Shown: positions 57,812 through 64,000 of the stretch, piece after piece
How the letters are laid out: each line of letters begins with the position of its first letter
Position numbering within the stretch: the first letter of the stretch is position 1
Source: Prevotella sp.
GTDB lineage: Bacteria; Bacteroidota; Bacteroidia; Bacteroidales; Bacteroidaceae
DNA length: 64,000 nt
Assembly: GCA_017474485.1 (NCBI GenBank)
Contig: JAFVHO010000058.1
Span: 112 to 64,111, forward strand
Direction of reading: 5' to 3'
The notes under the pieces: model-generated
Told to the model about the DNA's origin: nothing
Databases searched by the model: none
The model's input: the letters and a program-made list of their open reading frames with translations, nothing else
Position numbers and translations under genes: made by a program

Positions 57812-58927
57812 ATGAAAAAGATAATTGTATATTGTTTGATAGGCTTATGCTTATGCCTCGGTAATTCGTGCAGCAACAAGAGTCAAACAGCTACGGAAGG
57901 ACAGGCAGATACGGATTCTGTGATGAGTCCTAAGTATGCAACAGGTTATCAGGTAAGAGATAGCAATGGCGTGCGACTGGTAGACGTAGGTAAGGACTAT
58001 CATTTCGCACTGGTCACTGCCGATATTGATGTACCCAATAGGTATACCAAGGTACGCATACCTATTAAGAATACCATCTGTATGACAGCCCTTCAGTTAT
58101 CGAACTTTACAATTCTCAATTCGAATGATGTAGTGAAGGGACTGACAGGAACCAAGAATCTGTTTAACAAAGATATTCTGCAGCGCGTCAAGGATGGACG
58201 TATTGTAAAGATTGGCATGGAAGGTAATTTCGATACGGAGATGGTGTTGGCTGCCAATCCCGATGTCATTTTTATCTCGCCTTCAAAACGAGGTGGTTAT
58301 GATGCCATTAAGGAAACAGGTATCACGCTGGTACCTCATCTTGGCTACAAAGAGCTCAATCCTTTAGGACAGGCAGAGTGGATCAAGTTTGTGGGCATGT
58401 TTATTGGCAAGGAGAAAGAAGCCAACGACGTATTTGCCGGTATTGAGAGCCGATACAACGAACTGAAAGATAAATGCCAACAGCTAACTGCCAACGGACA
58501 AAAGCCGACAGTACTCAGTGGTGAGATGCACTATGGCAACTGGCATGCTGTGGGCGGCAAAAACTATCTGGCACAGATTTTCCGCGATGCTGGTGCAGAG
58601 TATGTCATCAACGATGAAGAAACAGGTGGCGAAGACTTAGAGTTTGAAAAGATGTATTCGCTGGCTGCCAATGCAGACTACTGGCGCATCCTGAACAGCT
58701 ATCCAGGCGAATTCTCATACGAGGCGCTGAAAGCCTCCGAGCCCCGCAACGAGTTATTCAAGGCATACAAGGAGAAGAAAGTCATCTACTGTAACATGAA
58801 ACAGACGCCATATTACGAGATTTCGCCTGTTCAGCCAGACCTATTGCTGAAGGACTTCGTAGCCATCTTCCACCCTGAGCTGGTAGAGAAGGATTACAAG
58901 CCTACATTCTATTTCCTGCTGAAGTAA
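57812..58927 (+). CDS. Fe/B12 ABC transporter substrate-binding lipoprotein (BtuF-like)
   Basis: Lipobox NSC; PLGQAEWIKF; PDLLLKDF..IFHP; paralog of 15072-16190. Confidence 0.82.
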   Translation: MKKIIVYCLIGLCLCLGNSCSNKSQTATEGQADTDSVMSPKYATGYQVRDSNGVRLVDVGKDYHFALVTADIDVPNRYTKVRIPIKNTICMTALQLSNFTILNSNDVVKGLTGTKNLFNKDILQRVKDGRIVKIGMEGNFDTEMVLAANPDVIFISPSKRGGYDAIKETGITLVPHLGYKELNPLGQAEWIKFVGMFIGKEKEANDVFAGIESRYNELKDKCQQLTANGQKPTVLSGEMHYGNWHAVGGKNYLAQIFRDAGAEYVINDEETGGEDLEFEKMYSLAANADYWRILNSYPGEFSYEALKASEPRNELFKAYKEKKVIYCNMKQTPYYEISPVQPDLLLKDFVAIFHPELVEKDYKPTFYFLLK

Positions 58928-58928
58928 A

Positions 58929-59957
58929 ATGAGACGGACACTGCCAATCATATTCATTCTGATTGCGGCGATAGCAGTTCTGGCTATTGTCAATCTGCTT
59001 ATTGGCTCTGTTGACATACCTTTGAAAAGCATCTGCCGCATCTTGTTTGGCGATACATCAGAGTCGGAGATATGGCAAAACATTATATGGAAATCGCGTC
59101 TGCCTCAGGCTCTGACGGCTATTATGGCTGGGGCTGGATTGGCTGTCAGCGGTCTTCAAATGCAGACCGTCTTCCGCAATCCGTTGGCAGGTCCTTCGGT
59201 GCTGGGTATATCGAATGGTTCGGCTCTGGGTGTGGCCTTTGTGGTGTTACTGTCTGGCAGAATAGGTGGTGTGGCACTGAGTCGCCTCGGCTATCTGGGC
59301 GATGCGGCTATGAGTGTGGCAGCCATCATCGGCGCCTTGGCAGTGATGCTGCTGATTGTATGGATATCACAAAAGGTGAAGGGCAACGTTACCTTATTAA
59401 TTATAGGTGTGATGATTGGCTATCTGGCCAATGCGATTATCGGTGTGCTGAAATTCCTCAGTCCCGAAGAGGACGTGAAAGCGTTTGTAGTATGGGGGCT
59501 CGGCTCGTTCTCTCGCGTATCTGGCGACGAGATGATTCTCTTTGTGGTACTGATGTGTATCCTGCTGCCGTTGGCTTGTCTGCTGGTGAAACCAATGAAT
59601 ATCCTGCTATTAGGCGATCGCTATGCAGCAAACCTGGGTCTTAACGTCAAACAAGCCCGCATTTTAGTGATTATCTCATCGGGCGTGCTGGTGGCTATCG
59701 TCACGGCCTATTGCGGACCTATCATGTTCATAGGTCTGGCTGTTCCACACTTGGCACGTGCCATCTTCCGCACCAGCGACCACCGTGTACTCATGCCAGC
59801 CACAGCACTCTGCGGTGCCGTCTTAGCATTGGTCTGCAACCTGATTGCACGTATGCCTGGCTTCGAGGGTGCGCTTCCTGTAAATAGTGTCACAGCCCTT
59901 GTAGGTGCACCCGTCATTGCGAGTGTATTGTTCCGTCGTCGTCAATCAGAAGAATAG
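58929..59957 (+). CDS. Fe/B12 ABC transporter permease (BtuC/FecCD-like)
   Basis: RLPQA, FRNPLAGP, GPIMFIGLAVPH. Confidence 0.85.
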   Translation: MRRTLPIIFILIAAIAVLAIVNLLIGSVDIPLKSICRILFGDTSESEIWQNIIWKSRLPQALTAIMAGAGLAVSGLQMQTVFRNPLAGPSVLGISNGSALGVAFVVLLSGRIGGVALSRLGYLGDAAMSVAAIIGALAVMLLIVWISQKVKGNVTLLIIGVMIGYLANAIIGVLKFLSPEEDVKAFVVWGLGSFSRVSGDEMILFVVLMCILLPLACLLVKPMNILLLGDRYAANLGLNVKQARILVIISSGVLVAIVTAYCGPIMFIGLAVPHLARAIFRTSDHRVLMPATALCGAVLALVCNLIARMPGFEGALPVNSVTALVGAPVIASVLFRRRQSEE

Positions 59958-61707
59958 TCAGTTGTCCATGAGGCAATAACGGCTGACAGTGATTCATACA
60001 ATACTGCAAGACGACGTGGCAGAAATCATCTATCTTATCCTGTGGAATCATTGTCCATAGTTCGCGGGCAAGCGTCATGTCGCTGATATCTGTCATACAG
60101 TCAGCTTCATCAAGCATCTGCTGAATAAACTCTTTATCCATCGTGGCCTTACGGCTATGGGTGTCTAGATGACCAGCAGCCAGTTTTACTGCCTTGCCCA
60201 ACATTACACCAAGAGTAACGTTCTTGATGTCAAGTTCGTCAGCTATCTTCATTGTCTCACCGATATAGTTTCCATATTCCACATATGCCTGTTGGGGAAG
60301 GTCTGGATAGAGTGCCTTCACGAAGCGCTCGCTCTTGCCACCACTATTAATCACTACGCGTTCCGAACCGCTGGCTTTCGCCACCGTCATGCACTTACGG
60401 ATACTGTCGATAAAAGCCTCCTCGCTGAACGGTTTTACGATACCACTCACACCAATAATCGAAATACCGCCCTCGATACCGAGGCGAGGGTTGAAAGTCC
60501 GCTTTGCTATTTCCTCACCGTCAGGAACAGAGATAGTGACTGTGAGAGGTAAGAGGTGAGAGGTGAGAGGTGAGAGAATAGACTGGAGGTTCTGTTCTAT
60601 CATCTGACGCGGTGCTTTGTTGATGGCAGCTTCGCCAGGAGGATAGTCGAAACCTGGAAGCGTGAAGCACCCTACCCCTTCGCCACCCTCAATTTTTACA
60701 GCGGCGGACGACAGCGGACTTTCGTAGATATTCTGTGTTTTTCCGTGTAAGTCCGCTGCTGAAACCTTGGCGCGGATTTCGATACCATTCGTCACGTCCG
60801 GGTCGTCGCCAGCCTCCTTGATGCAGTAGGCATAGCCATCGCCATAACCGACGGGAACTTGTATCGTTTCACCATTCGGCAACAATACAGGAACCTCATT
60901 GGGTGTCTCATGTTTTAGCAATTGAAGGGTTGCCGCCACTGACGCTGCTGTGGCACAAGTTCCAGTGGTCAGTCCGCTATGCAATGGATAAAACTCCGGC
61001 AACAGCTTCTCAATGGCTCTACGTAAGCCGAATGGGCCATTACATAGAAAAAGGGACGGTTCCTTTTGTGTACTTTCTGGACGTTTCAGTGCAATAATCC
61101 GTATGCCTTGTGTCTTTGCCTCCTCTACTTTCTCAGAAAAGCCACCTGATTCGCCACTCTCTTTCATCAGCATGGCCTCTGCCTCTACCATCTGCGGATA
61201 GAAGCACAGCTGTTCGTCGTTTGCCCCTTGCTGATGCGCCAACTTAATGCTGCTCTCACGATTCAATATCCGATAGATAACCTTGATACCTTTTGTCTCC
61301 AAGTATTTCAGCTTATTGATGCTCTGCACACCCGTCGTTGCCAAAAGGGAATGGATATCGGTGGGCACCTGTGAATAGTCGTCAATCCACGTGATACTTG
61401 GATCACGAGGGGGATAGATGCGTTCGTAACGAATGACAGGAATCTGCATATCAGACGCCACCTCGGTTATAGTCTGGTGCAGCTGCGTTGCAAACGGATG
61501 GGCAGCATCCACCATCAGACGGATTTCGTGCTGACGACAGCACATTCGCATCGCCTCAGCATCCATCGCTCCATCCAAACGGATGCCATGATGCAGAGTG
61601 ATGTCCTGCTCACCCGTCTTGGTGCTGTAACAGTAGGTGTTGCCAGCCTCTTCCAACACTCCCACAGCCTTGCGACCCTCTGTTGTTCCTCCGAATACCA
61701 GAATCAT
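59914..61707 (-). CDS. cbiD: Fused precorrin-6x reductase (CbiJ/CobK) - cobalt-precorrin-5B C1-methyltransferase (CbiD)
   Basis: N-terminal GGTTEG, DAAHPFA, KESG..GG..EK; C-terminal GLTTGTCA, KEAGDDPDVTNG, TFNPRLGI.GGISIIG. Confidence 0.9.
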   Translation of the reverse strand: MILVFGGTTEGRKAVGVLEEAGNTYCYSTKTGEQDITLHHGIRLDGAMDAEAMRMCCRQHEIRLMVDAAHPFATQLHQTITEVASDMQIPVIRYERIYPPRDPSITWIDDYSQVPTDIHSLLATTGVQSINKLKYLETKGIKVIYRILNRESSIKLAHQQGANDEQLCFYPQMVEAEAMLMKESGESGGFSEKVEEAKTQGIRIIALKRPESTQKEPSLFLCNGPFGLRRAIEKLLPEFYPLHSGLTTGTCATAASVAATLQLLKHETPNEVPVLLPNGETIQVPVGYGDGYAYCIKEAGDDPDVTNGIEIRAKVSAADLHGKTQNIYESPLSSAAVKIEGGEGVGCFTLPGFDYPPGEAAINKAPRQMIEQNLQSILSPLTSHLLPLTVTISVPDGEEIAKRTFNPRLGIEGGISIIGVSGIVKPFSEEAFIDSIRKCMTVAKASGSERVVINSGGKSERFVKALYPDLPQQAYVEYGNYIGETMKIADELDIKNVTLGVMLGKAVKLAAGHLDTHSRKATMDKEFIQQMLDEADCMTDISDMTLARELWTMIPQDKIDDFCHVVLQYCMNHCQPLLPHGQLTILLIDDDGTIHSQ

Positions 61708-63491
61708 GCTTCTCCTATTCTGAACAGGTGAGTGAAGTGCTTGTTATAGAGCTCTGAGAGTCCCTGACGATTATCAATAGCCTCGCCCACCACAAGCATG
61801 GTGGTCAGTGTCAGATGATTGTCGTGAACTATCTTCGCAAGGTCTTTCAGTTGACCACGGTAGATTTTCTGGTCGGGCCACGTCAGATGGTAGCAGGCAG
61901 CAACAGGTGTATCCTCAGGATATTCCTGAAGCAGTTCGCGCTGTACGTCATCGACGATAGCCGCGCTGAGGAAGATGCACATCGTGCTCTGGCTACGAGC
62001 CAACAGATGCAGTTGTTCTTTCTTTGGCATCGGTGTCCGACCTTCGCCACGCGTCAGGATGATGGTCTGTGTGCGCTCAGGAATAGTAAACTGGCTACGG
62101 AGTTCGGCAGCGGCAGCGAGGAACGACGAAATGCCAGGGGTGATGTGATACAACATGTGGTTGGCATCGAAGAAAGCCATCTGTTCCTGAATGGCACCAA
62201 AGATACAGGGGTCGCCAGTATGCAGACGAACGATGAACTTCCCCTCGTCATAAAACTGTTTCATCAGTTCGCATTGTTCCTCAAGATTCATATCGGCTGA
62301 CGAACGAACGACAGCGCCAGGCTTGTGACACTCCGTCAGGGCCTTAGGCACCAGCGAACCAGCATAGAGAATCAGGTCGGCCCGTTCCAGCATCTTACGT
62401 CCTCGGACAGAAACCAAGTCAGGGTCGCCAGGACCTGCACCGACTATTTCGATGTGTCCTTGTTGCTCACGAAGATACTTATAGTCGATGGCAAGGGCTG
62501 CCGTCCAGTTCTTACCTTTTATTTTAGGGACTATCAGCTTACCATGATTTGAACCAAGAATAGCAGCAGCTTCACAAACGCTTGGCGTGCCTACATGCTT
62601 TTGAACTGTAGCACTGGGATTTGGCACTTCGACCTTGGCCAATTGCTCAGCCGTATAGAAAACAAGTTCTTCGCCCAAATCATCGACGAGCATGGCACAG
62701 AATTCCTCATCCTCCTTCACATCGATGGTGCAATAGCGCTTGTAGCAAGGCAATACACCTATCTGGCTCATGGCCTCGTCTATCTGGTCGTAGATATCCT
62801 CATAGTCATCCGGATGACTGGCGAGTCCAAAACCTAAAGCAGCTATCATCGGTACGAAATGAAGTTCAAGCATGCCGTAGGGTGCACAGAGGTTGTAGGG
62901 CGATACGATGATGACGAGACTAAACTTCTTGGGGTCAACCTCTCCAAGACTCTTGACAATGGTGACATGCGGGGGTAGCGTCTTCTCAAGATAGTCAGTA
63001 CCCTCATCGCATATTTCCATCAGCAGGGCGGTAGGTTGGCGATTGACGAAAGCAAAGATGCATTCGTTCATGTCGTCGTCGCTGGCGATGGCCCAGTTGA
63101 ATCGTTCAGCAAAGGTGTCGAGTGCCCACAGTCCTGCATTGTCGCTCTGGGTGGTAATGACCTCACGAGCTCCAATCGTAGCAGCCACCTCACGGGCTAG
63201 GTCGTTTGCACCCCCGATATGACCTGAGAGTACAGAGATGGCGTTCAGTCCCATGCTGTCGACACACACCACAGCGGGATCCTCATGCTTATCCTTGATA
63301 TAAGGTGCTATCGTCCGCACACAAATCCCCATCGCTCCGATGAACACAAATGCATCGAAATCCTTCCAGCGCTTACTTACATTCGTACGACTGATTATCT
63401 CGCCCTCATTTTTCTGGGCAAACACCTGACTCAGTAGCAAGCGGGCGATATGCTTACCCTCTTCCGCTATTTGTATTATCGCAATTTTCAT
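61704..63491 (-). CDS. cbiF: Fused CbiG - cobalt-precorrin-4 C11-methyltransferase (CbiF/CobM)
   Basis: GAMGICVR, DPAVV, SGHIGGAN, SVCEAAA; then VGAGPGDPDL and RLHTGDP. Confidence 0.9.
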   Translation of the reverse strand: MKIAIIQIAEEGKHIARLLLSQVFAQKNEGEIISRTNVSKRWKDFDAFVFIGAMGICVRTIAPYIKDKHEDPAVVCVDSMGLNAISVLSGHIGGANDLAREVAATIGAREVITTQSDNAGLWALDTFAERFNWAIASDDDMNECIFAFVNRQPTALLMEICDEGTDYLEKTLPPHVTIVKSLGEVDPKKFSLVIIVSPYNLCAPYGMLELHFVPMIAALGFGLASHPDDYEDIYDQIDEAMSQIGVLPCYKRYCTIDVKEDEEFCAMLVDDLGEELVFYTAEQLAKVEVPNPSATVQKHVGTPSVCEAAAILGSNHGKLIVPKIKGKNWTAALAIDYKYLREQQGHIEIVGAGPGDPDLVSVRGRKMLERADLILYAGSLVPKALTECHKPGAVVRSSADMNLEEQCELMKQFYDEGKFIVRLHTGDPCIFGAIQEQMAFFDANHMLYHITPGISSFLAAAAELRSQFTIPERTQTIILTRGEGRTPMPKKEQLHLLARSQSTMCIFLSAAIVDDVQRELLQEYPEDTPVAACYHLTWPDQKIYRGQLKDLAKIVHDNHLTLTTMLVVGEAIDNRQGLSELYNKHFTHLFRIGEA

Positions 63492-63644
63492 TCTTCATTT
63501 AGATTGATGTGGCAAATTTACGAATAAATATTGAGAATAACGCGAAAAAACTCCAGAAAAATCCCTCATCTCACATATTCTCTTCTGAAATACCAGTTTG
63601 CATAAACATATTTTTGATATACATAATAGAAAATTTCATAATTT

Positions 63645-64000
63645 ACTGACATCCGACATAGCAATTTCAATAAATTTCTAATTTTCAATAATATATATTC
63701 TGACATTGTTCTAAAATACTAACATAATACTGACATAAAACCGACATCAAGTTGGCATAAAACAGTCATTCAATCATCATATTATGGCTTTATAATCTTC
63801 GATAAGGGGCCTCGCAGGTCTGACACTTGGCTCTTGCGTATTTTTAAGCTTATTATAGCTGTTGAATTCTCTAGAGAATTTGAGTAATAACCCTACTCTC
63901 CGCAATTATAAGGACTAATCTCGTCGTTGAATTCTCTAGAGAATTCAACAAACAGCCTTATCCAAAAGATTGCTATCCACCATCCTCCAATTCACTTCCC
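63645..64000. repeat. Symmetric non-coding element, copy 2 (left arm and palindromes; right arm beyond window)
   Basis: Outer dimer CTGACATCCGACATA at 63646-63660. Five phased 11-bp units at 63717-63771. Palindromes start at 63862 and 63927 (65-bp period); the second is a perfect 24-mer at 63926-63949. Confidence 0.85.

Noticed and set aside
61051-61075. GGGACGGTTCCTTTTGTG, a possible REP remnant inside cbiJ
   Set aside because: Single copy in the window, so it cannot be supported without a genome search.
59914-63491. cbiG-cbiF and cbiJ-cbiD fusions as a novelty
   Set aside because: Such fusions are common in Bacteroidales cobalamin loci.
1-64000. tRNA, rRNA, intact transposase, integrase or prophage genes
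   Set aside because: None was recognised on either strand.

Overview
Chromosomal window from a Bacteroidota, most likely Prevotella-type, genome. This is judged from TAnnTTTG -7 promoters, absence of Shine-Dalgarno sites, T9SS-type C-terminal tails and gene content. It is mostly housekeeping genes: dapA, glgB, kdsB, metH-metF, rho, prmA, djlA-like, iorAB, nadE, queA, rpoZ, bamD, uvrB and menA. It also carries a cobalamin-riboswitch-led btuBG...FC uptake operon, a second btuF/btuC-like pair with fused cbiG-cbiF and cbiJ-cbiD genes, an RsbU/RsbW/RsbV-like partner-switching operon and a GH10 xylanase. The most unusual signal is non-coding. Two homologous AT-rich elements (56931-57532 complete; 63645 to window end) each consist of an outer GACAT dimer, a phased array of 11-bp repeats and 24-bp palindromes (GTTGAATTCTCTAGAGAATTCAAC) spaced exactly 65 bp apart. 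They flank the 5.7-kb cobalamin module in direct orientation. The window also contains many micro-repeats that have entered coding sequences in frame, and several gene relics. All functional calls come from motif recognition by eye; no searches were run.
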